Origin: Rhizodiscina lignyota
Lineage: Eukaryota
Reading direction: 5' to 3'
Length of the DNA stretch: 64,000 bases
Assembly (NCBI GenBank): GCA_010015805.1
Contig: ML978121.1
Span: 2,480,001 to 2,544,000 of the forward strand
Shown here piece by piece: positions 24,043 to 36,500 of this stretch. The notes beneath the pieces were generated by a model that did no database searches, was not told the origin of the DNA, and saw only the letters and a list, made by a program, of their open reading frames with translations. The position numbers and the translations under genes are program-made. The stretch's first letter is position 1; every line of letters begins with the position of its first letter.

Positions 24043-25652
24043 ATGCCTACCTTTCGGGGTCTTGAAGTACATGTGGTGGGCAGTGATGGGAAGGTGCTGG
24101 ATGAGTATCGCACTACAAAGCACCCTCGTGCAGGATTAGCAACATGTACCGTCCAGTCCAAGACTGATATGGTGTTCCATATCACCGTGAAGGCCGATAT
24201 CCCGTTTTCTTTCAAAAAAATTGAAAAGGAAATGATCGAGGAAGAGGAAAAGGCTAAGAATGCAAGGGCATTGGAAAACAAAATGAGGAAACAAGAGGCA
24301 CAAAGGATTAGTCGGTTACGGGAAATTGTAAACTTCTCCCTCCCAATACGTGAAGAGCCAATATTACCAAAACAGCAACCCATACTCTGGTTCGACGGTC
24401 CCAGTTATCACTTACTCGCGTCCGTCTATCTCGATGGTCGTCAACAACCGGAACGCTCTAGCATCTTGTACCTTGACCCCCGGAGCGAATACTTCAACGG
24501 TGGCGATATCTCGATAAGTCGCACTTTGGTGAATGATCCAGAGAAGGGTGTTGTGTCACATTCGTGGGTGTTCAAAGAGGCGGGCATTGAGACATTGTTC
24601 GATAAGCTGCTGCTAGATGGCGAAGCCCATGGTGAAGACAGTGTCTGCAAACCTGCGGATGAGGACCTTGTGAAAGCCCTTGGATCTACCAAACTCGAAG
24701 ACAAAGTTGAACCGAATAAGCGTCATATCAGGGTGACTCTTCGCAAAGTTACCATCAAGAAGACGTATCAGAATGACAACTGGCGCCCCAGTACTGTGGC
24801 CAGCGCCCACGACGACGTCGACATGAAAGAGCTGGACGGTCAGACCCATGCGGCGGGTCTGTCGAAGGGAGAAATCCGTGGTGATCATATCCCCAGGGAA
24901 ATTGTGGAGTACAGTGATGTTGCTGGCACAGCGGCTGTCGATATGGCTACGTTCAAGTTCTTCTACTGCGGTAAAGAGAAACTGCAGAAGATGGGCGCTA
25001 TCCCTTGTGAACCGGAAAGCAAGAACACGAAGACAGCTTCGAAGCGTCGAATGAATGAGCACCTTGCTTGGCTCCCGCCTCTGAGCATTCTGAACAGGAC
25101 TGGTAAGTCGGAGAGGAAGACGTCTAACCCTAATGAGAGCATTTTATTCACGCATGTGCAGGTACTGCACCAGCAGCTCCCTCGTCAACCGCAAGTGGCA
25201 AGGACACCACTGGACCCAGACCGAGCTTCGCATTCAAAGACATGCGAGCTGCATCTGAGAAGGAAGAGGAGGACGATGACGCGGAGTACGGCCAAGCGGG
25301 CCCAAGTACGGGCAGCAAGTGGACGCCTATCAACGCCGGTGGCCACTCAAGCTCCGGCCCAGCAGCGGCACGAGATATCGACAAGAAGTACACCTCGTTC
25401 CGCAACATGCAGGCTGGCGTCGACGACGCCGACGACGAAGGCGAGGGACCTGTGCGCGTGAGCAAGCACGTGAGCGGCCTCGAGGAGCAGGAGGACGGAG
25501 CGGGGGAGACGAGAGACGAGGATGATGAAGGCCTTGGCGAAGGCGTGGAGAAGGTTACGCTCGGCAAGCGTAAGCAGGAGGAGGAGGAGGAGGAGGAGGA
25601 GGAGGAGGAGGAGGATGGTGAGGAGATGAAGAAGGCGCGATTGGAGAAGTAG
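24043..25652 (+). CDS. Fungal hypothetical protein (beta-rich N-terminal domain, acidic tail, C-terminal NLS-like KKARLEK); 2 exons
   Basis: ATG 24043 (MPTFRGLEVHVV...). Intron 25103-25161 (GTAAGT...CTAAC...CAG) joins in frame to the 25242-25652 ORF. Motifs LLASVYLDGR, WVFKEAGIETLFDKL, ATFKFFY. Confidence 0.75.
25578..25613 (+). repeat. (GAG)12 coding microsatellite (poly-Glu)
   Basis: Twelve perfect GAG units. Confidence 0.95.
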
Positions 25653-27134
25653 CGAGGTGATGGCTGGGGTTGGCGAGAGAGAAGACGATGCGTGACAATG
25701 GCTACTTGGTAGCATACTTAAATGACACAACATAAATACCCACTTTCCTCTCTTTTGCGCTCTAGCTGTGATATGGATGGTATGGTGGAAGTAGTAGGGA
25801 TTCCAAAATCTCCGCTACTTGGTAGCAACAACTCAGATCGCGGTCGCCTCTTTTCCGCGATGACGAGAAGTAAATCCTCTAAGTAAGGCTTTGTAAGCTA
25901 CTCTCTAATAACCTCGAATATAAACTCACTAATATATAGAGCCTTCTTGTAGATACTGAATGCAGCTGTAGTAGAGTGGCTCTGTGGATACGCTCGATGG
26001 AAGCCAGCTCGTTCGTAGGAGGAACTCGCCGTCATGCTAATGCTTGCGCGTTGAGGTACGAAGGAGCTAGTTTCTCTTGAGCATATCAGACCCATAACGA
26101 GGTCACTTTAACCGTGGAAACGAGAGAAAAATTCGTTCTTTCTACAGCCGTTCAATTACAACGAGCTCAATTATGTGTCCCCTCGCGCCTCCACCAAGGG
26201 ATCCTCCACATCCTCTAGTCCCATAATGTCACTCGCTTCGAGACAAAATACTCTCCGAGCACCTTTTCAATGAGGTAGAATCCCATGTCGAGCAGGATGG
26301 GAAAGCTCTACGCGCCATAACATTGAGGTCTGAGAAATTACCTTGGCAGTTTCGCCATCGCGGATCCTGGAATTCGACCCCCTGTTTGGCCTATGTGTTT
26401 GGCCTCAGGCGGCGGTCAGGCACACAGAACCCGGAAATATCAGAAGCCCTACATACTTATCAGACGGATCAGCACCAACGGCGGCCGCTGGCTCAAGGAA
26501 CCCCACGCTACCGTAGCTGCCGCTGTACGTCAACGGTCCAAGGGTTTTGCCAAGTTCTCCGCCGCCAACAGTGAGCGCTCCACTGGGCGCCTAGACGCGA
26601 GTCCAAATTTCCCACGTCGCTTTCTGGGATATCCACATACCGAATTCGTGCACGGTGCATGATGGTACTTTCGAATCGGAGAGTTGGGCGAATCGCACAT
26701 TCCCACTATTGCGGGCCCCGTTGTCGATGATACAGATGGGAAATATAGCTCCGAGTGGCTTTGGCCGAATATCACGATTGCTGTCCAAACAAGTTTTCTT
26801 GCCACGGATTTCGCTGCTGTTTGGGAAGGATCACCAAATTACTGCTGTGCTGTCACTGACCGATGAGGCAGCAGCTTCATGCCTTGCAAAAGAGAAAGCG
26901 GAGCAACACGATGTCATCGCGGTTCCAGGTTATCGTACCTGCAGCAATGATATCAGTTGTTACCCTGAAACGAATAATAAAGGTCTGATGTTGTTGCTGA
27001 ACCTTTCGCTATTGTTAGTTTCTTAGACTCTCGAACCTCCCCTCTCTATCACTTGAGTGGCTCATTCAATCGTTCGTGTCTTCGTTACCGTTTCACTCTT
27101 TTTGATATAGCGACTCATACATGTACTTGTCGAA

Positions 27135-29150
27135 ATGAGCAACCAAAATCTTTCCGAGAAAGGCAACAATGACTTGGCAGACGTTCCATTGACTCCCACT
27201 CCGAATGATCCGGATCAGCTTGCTGCACCAACTTCAGCAAAAGTGACCTCCCACAATCCAGACGAAACTTTGTCACGCTATGAGCGCCCTCCCTTCCGGC
27301 AGTATTCTCTCCTACCAGAGACTGGTAACAGAGATAAGAGTGTCAATCGACAACCATCCAAGGCGAGCAGCTTTCTCAGTCGGCTTCTACAGCGGCAGGA
27401 CAGGAACGAGGGTAATGTAAACTCTGGTGATAATGGAGGCGCTCCTGAGAGAGGGCGGTCGAGGAAGAAGAAGCAAGACTATTCTCTCGCAGGCCCGAAG
27501 CCCGAGGAAGAATATAGTGAAGAGGAAGCCGGTGAGGATCTTGGATACAAGAATGGCCAAACGTCAAGACCACAGCCGAACTGGGGCTTGGGTAGACCCT
27601 TCCCGCACACCAACCGGCAAAGATGGTCCAAGAAAGCCAAGGGAAAGAACAAGAACAAAGCAGCTAAGGGTGAACCTAAGCGAGCCCAAAGCGGGACTAG
27701 AGTTGAGGAGACAGGTGATACTGGTCATCCTCAAGGTCAGGTAAGCTACAACATGCATGTATCTCAATGGCTGCTCGAATCCTGATCATTACTCTTAGGT
27801 CGGCGGTGGACCAGGTGGCCATCATGGCTCACCAGTGCGAGGAAAGCCTCAGGGCGAGACGTCCGGAGGACCTGCTGGGCATGGCAGGAACACAGAAGAC
27901 GAAGACGAAGCTGGAAACTCAAACTGGGTTGAGCAACTTGCCGATGGTACCAACGACTATAGCGGAACTGCGCGACACGATAGTGAACAGACGCTTACCG
28001 ACTCCACCAACGATGGTGACGGTGAGGACGAACAGGTCCCAAACTATTGGTTTTCCATTCGTCGCAAAATAAGAGAGCCACTGGCAGAGTATGTGTTTCA
28101 TTTTCGCGACGTCTTGAAAGTATTTCTAATCAGTTACCAGGTGGCTTGGGACACTCGTCTCCGTCTTGTTGGGAGTATCGGGCAACTTGCAAGCACGAAC
28201 ATCAAATGGAAAGTACGGCACCTTCACCCAGTCCGCTGCAATGTGGGGTCTTGGAACGATGATGGCAATCTATATCGCTGGTGGAGTGTCTGGCGCCCAC
28301 TGTTCGTATTCGCTCCCCTTTCGTAAGAATCTTACCAGCGATGCTAACCTATCATGTAGGCAATCCAATGATCTCCATCGTGCTTAGTGTCTTCCGAGGG
28401 TTCCCTGCTCGCAAGGTCATTATCTACATATGTGCTCAAATCCTCGGCGCAATCTGCGCTGTCTGGATTGCCTACGGGATATACAAAGATGCGATCATGA
28501 ACTACGACCCTGGCAAGACCTCAACGCCCACTGGCACCGGGACTGCATTCTTCACACTCCCCCAGCCGTTTGCGACGCCTGCCACTGCGTTCATGACGGA
28601 TTTCACATCCGCTGCTATCATGTCAGTAACAGCGCGAGAAGTGGAATGTGTTCAGACTAACAATTGTTGTAGGTGCGGAACAGTCCTCGCAATGGGAGAC
28701 GACACCAACTCTCCACCGGGAGCTGGCATGCACGCTTTCATCATCGGCCTCGTCGGTTTTGCCATGGCATCCACTCTTGGCTACAACACCGGTCCACAGA
28801 CCAATCCGGCCAAGGACCTCGCCACACGCTTCGTCCCCAACGTCGTTGGTTACGGCTCCAACATGTGGGAGCAGGGCTGGTGGGCCGAAGCGTGGACCGC
28901 CGCCGTCGTCGGCGGGCTGGTGGGCTGTCTTATCTACGACGTTGCCATATTCGAGGGCCCCGAGAGTCCGGTCAATTATCCGATGTTGAAGAGGAAGAAG
29001 GCTAGGCAGGGCACAAAGGCGAAATGGCACCTGACGGGCATGTTTGGAAGCGATAAGAAAAAGAGGGCCAAGGCGGACCTGGAGGCTGGCCACATTGGTA
29101 TAATGGAGAGAGCGGAGGAGAGGAGGTTGGATGGACATGGAGAGAAGTAA
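27135..29150 (+). CDS. Aquaglyceroporin (MIP family) with long hydrophilic N-terminus; 4 introns
   Basis: IREPLAEWLGT, IYIAGGVSGAHCNPMIS, FRGFPARKV, AQILGA, GYNTGPQTNPAKD, N-terminal PNWGLGRPFPH. Introns 27741-27798, 28089-28140, 28302-28359, 28622-28672. Confidence 0.92.
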
Positions 29151-29682
29151 GGAAGTGGTAATGTGTAATTGAGGCCAATACATGCGCGGACGGGATAATG
29201 TATACACGGGAGAAATTGCTTATAGAGTCAGCGATGTTGGTGTATGTAATAGTACAAGAACATAAGGCCATCCGTACATATTCTAGCAAAGTGTAAAGAA
29301 ACTTCTTTCAAACTATTGTGCGGCTATGGATCTGAACATAACAGATGCTGCCTTCATGCGTTCTTCAGTATTGCACAACTTTGACTTGTGCCATCAGCAT
29401 ATGTTCGATGCCCAGCTTGAGAGGAGCGTAAAGCTATGTCAAAGTCACGCGAAACTACGGTAAGATGTGCACTCAAAGACATGCTACACAACGGATTCGT
29501 TACACCTATCTGTGATGGACCCATGTTAGGACTTCCGGGAGCTTTTTGCAAGATCTAAGAATAGAAAAAGCTGCATTCGTCATATTTGACAACTGCCAGT
29601 ATTCAATTGGGTATCATAATGAAGCCAGAACTTATTTGTTGCGCCGCAATCCACATGCATATTACCCGCGCAGAGTGTACGC

Positions 29683-30201
29683 CTAATTCAAACTGCTGCG
29701 CCTCCTCTCCCGGCGTCTTTCACGGTTCTCACTTTCATCATCCGTCATCACTGGCGTCAGGTCCATCTCTTTTCTGCCGATTCTCTTTTTCACCCTCCCC
29801 TCCTCGTCGCTCTCCTCCCCTGCCTTAGGGACCATGTACATGTTCATGTCCTCATCATCTCGAACCTTATACCGCGCATGATCCACGCTGATCTTGCGCC
29901 CCAGCACCATTGCGCCATTCAGATTGTCCACCGCGAGGTCGCAACTCCGCTGGTCCTCGTACTTCAGCCACGCGAAGCCCTTGCTCTTTCCCGATTCCTT
30001 GTCCCGCGCAAGCTTCAGCCACACCGGCTCGCCATACTGGCTAAAGACGACGACGATGTCACCCTCGGAGAGGTTGTACGGCAACCCGCCAATGTAGATG
30101 TAGGCGGTGTCGCGGTAGTCGGTGTGCCAGGAGGCATTGGGCGGCGTCACATTGTCGAGCTCGGTTTGGTTGAGCTTTTCAATCTGGCGAATTTTGTTCA
30201 T
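29683..30201 (-). CDS. IST3: U2 snRNP/RES complex RRM protein IST3/Snu17 (RBMX2)
   Basis: SWHTDYRDTAYIYIGGLPYNLSEGD; KSKGFAWLKYEDQRSCDLAVDNLNG. Confidence 0.95.
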   Translation of the reverse strand: MNKIRQIEKLNQTELDNVTPPNASWHTDYRDTAYIYIGGLPYNLSEGDIVVVFSQYGEPVWLKLARDKESGKSKGFAWLKYEDQRSCDLAVDNLNGAMVLGRKISVDHARYKVRDDEDMNMYMVPKAGEESDEEGRVKKRIGRKEMDLTPVMTDDESENRERRRERRRSSLN

Positions 30202-30635
30202 AGTGCTCGCGTGAGAGTAGGAGGTAGTTTCGAGGTAGAAGATCAGGCAATCTCGTGACGCCCTGAGACCTCGTACGGGAACATAAATGACGGGTTTAAG
30301 ATTGCGATTGATGTTAGAGAAGCGTCCTTGTAGTATCGCGGCACCAGTGAATTGGACTCTGCTTGGAGGTTGAAGCAGAAAGAGTAATTGTGATCCCGTG
30401 GAAATGATATCTTAAAAATTTGCGGCGTACTACAAGTGAGATGTGCCATTATCAATTCACGGTGTATACGGCGTACTACAGCTCAATTGCGCCATATCCA
30501 ACGCGTTACCCCAGACGCGGAGAATATTTGCGCATCATTCCTATTCAAGACTACACAAGGTGCTAGACCCTAGGGGCGTTTGACTCTTGATTGCGTAGTA
30601 TCAAAAAATCACCAGAATCTCCACAGACACTAGCC

Positions 30636-32454
30636 ATGGCGACCACAACGCGCAGGTTATCCACAATCCCTACATCTTCGAATCGGGAGAGCATCTATAA
30701 GGCAAAGGACAAGGATGCGCCAAAGAAAGAGATATGGTCGAGCATGCTGGATGGTGTCTCGAGCGGGAGGAGATTGCCGGAGAAGACAGCTTTCATTCTC
30801 GGTATGCGAAATATGGACATCTACTACGTAGTATATTTATGAAACAGCTCCTAATCTGTCGCCAGGCGGCACGCCATCTTCACAGCGCGACTTTCTGGCC
30901 TCCCTCTCCACCGAACCAAAGACCCGCAGACCTCAAGATCGCTCACAACCGCGCCAGCCTCCAGTCGCGAACTCATTCGCTCTGGGATACACGTACCAGG
31001 ATGTAATGGACGCCGACCAAGAAGACACACTCGCCCGTCTCTCCCTGTACCTCCTGCATACGCCGTCGACGTCTTTCGCCCCACTACTCCGTCCGCTACT
31101 TACGCCGTCAAACATTCCACACTCAACAATTGTCATCCTGTTAGATTGGAACGAACCTTGGTCATGGCTGCGGCAGCTGAGAGCTTGGATCAGAGCGCTG
31201 CGCCAGCTCATGCTCAGCCTCGACGATGAATGCAAGTACGCGCTGGAAGATAACATGAAGTCATGGCGAGAGGGAAAGAGCCAGCCGTCTTCGGGCGCCT
31301 CAGCGAACGCCGACGCAGCTCCCTCGACCGACGAAGATGTGCAGATTCCCTTAGGTCCTGGAGAATGGGATGCTCCTCTTGGCTTGCCACTCATTGTTGT
31401 TGCGCAGAATGCTTCGCACATTGAGAATCTTGAGAAAGAGCGCGGCTGGAAGGATGAGGAGTTCGATTTCATCCTGCAATATCTACGCACTGTGCTGCTG
31501 AAACATGGTGCGGCGCTCATGTACACAATGCCGGCTGCGACTGTCCAGACGAACGCACAGCTACAGACACTCGTCCACTCATGTCTTGGCATCACGAATC
31601 TCTTGGGTAAGGACAGAGGAGGTGGCACTGTCAAACACAATGTGGTGGACAGGGAACGGGTGCTCGTGCCTGTGAGATGGGATAGCTGGGGCAAGATCCG
31701 CATTCTCAGAGAAGGCTTCGATGTCGAAGGCGTGAGCAAGCAATGGGGTCAAGACATTGAAAAATCGGACTCGAAAGACCCTCAATCTGGCGATACAAGT
31801 GCCGATGAGCCGACTTCTGACGCAGGGGAGCCGGACACCGCAGACTCTGTCACACTTTACGAAGACATTATCCGCTCCCCGGATGCAGACAATGTCCTTA
31901 TCAGCACATCAAAGGCATCCTCGAATGGTACTAGCGTGGAGGTGCAAGCACAAGACCAGCAGCAATTTCTAGGACAACAGCTTGAAATTCTGGAACGATT
32001 ACGTCTCGAAGACGAGCGCGAGAAGGCGAGCAATGCGGCCAAGAAGCCTCCGAGCGCCCTACCACCTGTTTCGTCCGATGGCGGGAGGAGTGCATCAGCT
32101 GCTAGCGGGAGTGGTGTCGTGGAAGAGCATATCGGGCCGGTACAGTTCAATATGGGAGGTATTCAGGTGGACGCGGAGGATGTGGTGAGGAGGATCAAGG
32201 TATGCCGCGCTCTATTTGGAGGGCACCAAAAGTCAGTCACGCTATGTGCTAACGAATTATCGAATTAGGACCGCAACGCCACCCCACAGCCCGAGACTCT
32301 TGGGCGAGAGCCCCATGAAAATATGGCGGTAGCTTCGCCAGGTGCATCAACGCCATCAGCTACTGACAATATGGACTCGGACACGCTGATGAGTTTCTTC
32401 TCCGGCCTGGCGAAGAGGAAGACCCCGGCTGGAGGGAACAGTCCTCATAGATGA
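30636..32454 (+). CDS. Cytoplasmic dynein light intermediate chain; 2 introns
   Basis: IWSSMLDGVSSGRRLPEK, ANSFALGYTYQDV, ILLDWNEPWSW, FDFILQYLRTVLLKHGAALMY, VPVRWDSWGKIRILREGFD, C-terminal LMSFFSGL helix. Introns 30802-30865 and 32200-32268. Confidence 0.9.
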
Positions 32455-33557
32455 TTACTGCATCTCGCCAATTCGCGTCGTGTTTAAAGAGAGATACCCA
32501 ATGTGCTCGAGGTATAGAAAATCAACATTGCAATCACTTGCACTTCTTCGGATCACGAATTTGAACTGAGAATAAGTGTATTCAATGCCGCTTTTAACTG
32601 ACAGATCAGGTGCCTTTTGATTGAGATTAACGTTAGATATCGCTGATCAAGAGATGCTAAACCACGCCCGAATACGCTCGATGCAAATGCTCAAAAATGA
32701 AATAATCACATCTTCTCTCTTACATCACTACGCATGGCAGCCCGCGGTTGTTCAGGTAAACCAAATGCCACACTGACGTCTCAATATGTGCAGGCATCTA
32801 CTTTCTTTGTAGTAGATACTGGAGGTGTATCGATTGCGCTCAGAGGCTCAAGAAGGATTTCGTGGGAGAATTGCGGTGTTTGTGGGGTACGCGTGCTTTG
32901 TGGTTTGATTTGTTGGAGTAGTGTAGAGAGCATTCAGTGGTTGATGGGATCTTAGGAAAGCTTATATCCACCTTCGGAGGGCATTGCACAGCCTCTAGAG
33001 ACAGCTGCATGGACTTGTGCCGAAGATGAAGACGTTCTTTGTCGTTGAGATCATGTGGGAAAGCGGTGTTGAATGGTATTGTTCAGAATGCTCGGAGCGA
33101 ACAAAGAATCGTCGGGGTCGGAGATTTTGCTTGCCGGCGTTTCATTGATGCCGGAGAGATAGGGAGAAGCAATGGTCTCAGATTGTACGGAGTGGTCGGT
33201 GATTGATTCAAGCAGCTAGCCAAGAACTACGGTCTCAAAGACTGGCTCTGCTTCCACCCAGCCCCGAAGGTACACAAGGCCGATACCAACCCGACGAGCG
33301 ATTCCATTGCCAGGCACATGCCTCGATTCAATCATCATCACCTTAAGTGCAGCGACGTCGTCAATAGGATGTATGGGAAATCCTTGGACCGATTTCCACC
33401 TTGCTTGTCTAAGTTATATCTTTACTTTCCCCATCATTTGCGCCCTGAAAATGCACGATTCTGCTCCGCTTCCCGACGCCTCATGCGCTCCAAGTCAACG
33501 TACAAATCCCGCTCCAAGATTCGCTATGCCATAAAGCATCTATTGCCGCCTACCCAT

Positions 33558-36500
33558 CTACCCATGCCTGACGCAGTCCCATTCGCACTGGAGTAGCAGT
33601 CAGTCCAAGCAGCTTCAAACGGAATTGGATACACTCACCACCCTGCCGTCATCATCGCCAGTATACACCACGCTTGCCATCGGCAGAATGCATGTTATCG
33701 GCGCAGGAGCAACAGCATTTCCAGCATTCCGGTCCACCTTCGGATCACTATGGTCGAGCCTTTTGATCAGAGCGAGCATCCACTTCCCATCCGACGTGAT
33801 GCTGATCTTGAAGATGTTGACAATACCCCTTGAATGCCCAGTGAACACAAGCTCTGCTTCAAGCCACTCGTTGCCTACGCCCTCGTAAAATGCACAGCTG
33901 ATGATTGGATCCTCGTTGCTTGAAACCCTCTGCTCAAGCAGCAATTGACCATTCAGCGAGAAGAGCAAGACTCGAGGACCACAGCAAAGCAGCACTTTAC
34001 CCGTGACACTGTTGATACGCGCGCATTGGACGGCCTGGCCGTTCGTGTTCAGCTCGCGAACGAACTCTGAACGGTTGAGATCCCACAGATACACCTTCCC
34101 ATCTGTCGAGGCGCTCAAAAACGTGCTGAAAGCCTTACTTGTCGCTAGTACAGTTACCGGAGCCCTATGGCCGAAAAAGCTGACGCGCGGTTGCAGTTCC
34201 GTGGCCTTGCTAGACGAATGCACGTTCCACACGCTGACAACGCAGTCAGTGCCCGCAGTAATGAGCGTCTTACTGTCCACGAAGATCGCCGTACTGATCT
34301 GGCCGTGATGTAAGTGCTCAAAGAGCCCGATCAACTTGCGGCTATCGGTGGCGAAGAAGCGGAGGCTACCATCCGCAAAACCCCATTCCATGTAGCGCTC
34401 GTAGGTGGGCGGGATGTTGATCCTAAATGCGGCGGAGCAGAACAGCTTATCTTGCTTGAATGAATATAGCAGGCTCGACACTCGCTCGCCACTCTCAAGC
34501 AACGGAAATGGAAGTCTCGTCAAATTCTCTGCGCCAACGTCAATTCGCGTGTCTCGCGATGCACCATCATCCCTGTGCGGATGCGCTCGTTGGAAGACCT
34601 GGTGTGGTGTTTGACCAAAGTTATGGATGATGCCGATTGTCGCGAGGCGCTCGACAGGATCCTGGATGCTGTCCAGATCCTTGGCTCCATGGTACGACAG
34701 ATGATGGAAAACATTGGTAGCTTCAACTGCCGCATCGCCACGCTGTTTGAAGCCAAAGACAAGGTCGATCCATTTATGGAGATGGGCGCTCACATACGGG
34801 CTTTCCAAGGCCTCTCTGTTCTTCGCGATGAAAATGTTCGGATCTCCTTTTGCCCACGGCGGAAGTGCAACGTCACTAATTTGCTCGCCAGTCGCTTCTC
34901 TGGAGCCGAAGTTGTAGCCATTGACGTTCGTCAAGAAGTCGGGAAGATAAAAGAACTCTGGGGTAAGTTCGCGAACGTCAGTCATATTGTCCTTCGACGC
35001 GGAAAGCCAGGCCTTTTCAATAGAGTAGAAGAGGCGATCCGCATGGTCAAAGCTGCCGCCTTGGAGCAGTAGGTAAGACTGTACGAATGGCTGAAGACGA
35101 ATTAGATAGGAAGTGACAATCATTGCAGAAGAGTAGTGTGTTCCATAGTGGAATGGAGGAGCATTGTTGTCACCCATTTCTGCAAATGTACTGTAGCGTT
35201 CTCGGAAGTCGGTTTCTCGCGAGAGGGTCTGAGAGCCCATTGGCTTGGAGAAGTCGCGGAATGTGCGTGGATCGGACAGATCGAGCTCTTCACTCGTATA
35301 ATCGGCCAGGACCCATGGGAATACCGGATACTGGGTGAGGTCGTTGAATGTACGGCCTGCCATGGTGTTTACGAGCATGAGATACGCAAAATTTGACAGT
35401 TCGCCTCTCATCCACCGTCGCGTAGCAGGATTCGATGGCGTCTGGTTGAACACGCTCGCAAACTTCGACCCAATTGTTTGCGGAACTTCCTCGGGATTGC
35501 GCAAAGATTCCAGCCTCCATCGTTCTTCAGACTCCAGCGCTGATGCAGAGCCATGGACTTGCGGAGCTCTTGCGATGAGCTTCATGTACAAGTCGTTGCG
35601 AATGTCAGGTAACTTTGTTGTCAGCAAATAACTCCGGCCGTCGGTGAAGAACAGTTCGATTCCCACTTCGCGGAAGAGAAACCTCCTCTTTGAAATGCTC
35701 AGAACATCAGACCATGCCCAATGCCTTGCTGAGCGTTCTCCAGTACCGGCAGATTGTCTTCTGGCTGTCGATTGCTGATGCCCTGAAATCATGCGTAGAT
35801 ACGGATCACGTTCCTCCGGCGGCGCCTGCCAACTCCTCACAACTTCTCGATCAGACCGCTCGAAGAAATCATCAAGCATATAGAGATGATTTTTGCCGAC
35901 TACGAGAAGCCCTTCGATTGCTTCCAGACCGACAATTCGCGCAACGTTGCAGACAGACAAGATAGTGTCATTCATCTGTAGGCTGCGTTGAACTCTTCTC
36001 TTCTTGTCATCAAAGGCTTCGTCTTCATTTGGATCCTCAACAATCTCATATTCCTCATCTTGCTTTCCAGACCCTGTTGAGAGCTGGCTGTTGCTCCTCG
36101 ATCTTCCAGTCTGACTCTCCTCCCGTGCCTCTTCTTTCAGGTCAGCGATTGGTCGTGATACCGCTGGTGTCACACCAACCATCTCCTTCGCGGAGACTGG
36201 CTTCACGTTGGTATCGAGCTTCAGCCGATTCCTTGCGGCCGTGGTATTCCTTCTCTTGGGCTGGTAAGCCTCTTGCCGCACAGTCCTATCTTTGATTACT
36301 CTCAACCTCATCCGATTTCTCCCTTCGCTTTCATCAAGCTGCCACATTGTCGCCGACTGTGCTTGTGCTGCCGGGAAAACACTCACGGGCTCTTCGAGTC
36401 TCTGCTGGAATCGACTCAACGTCGTTGCTGTAAATGCCAAGTTCTCTTGTTGATCTTGTAATGCCCGTTGATGTTTCAGCCGCTCTGCTGCATGGACATT

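Noticed and set aside
26179..27043. Three STRE (CCCCT) motifs upstream of the aquaglyceroporin
   Set aside because: The count is close to chance expectation for a 5-mer in about 1.2 kb.
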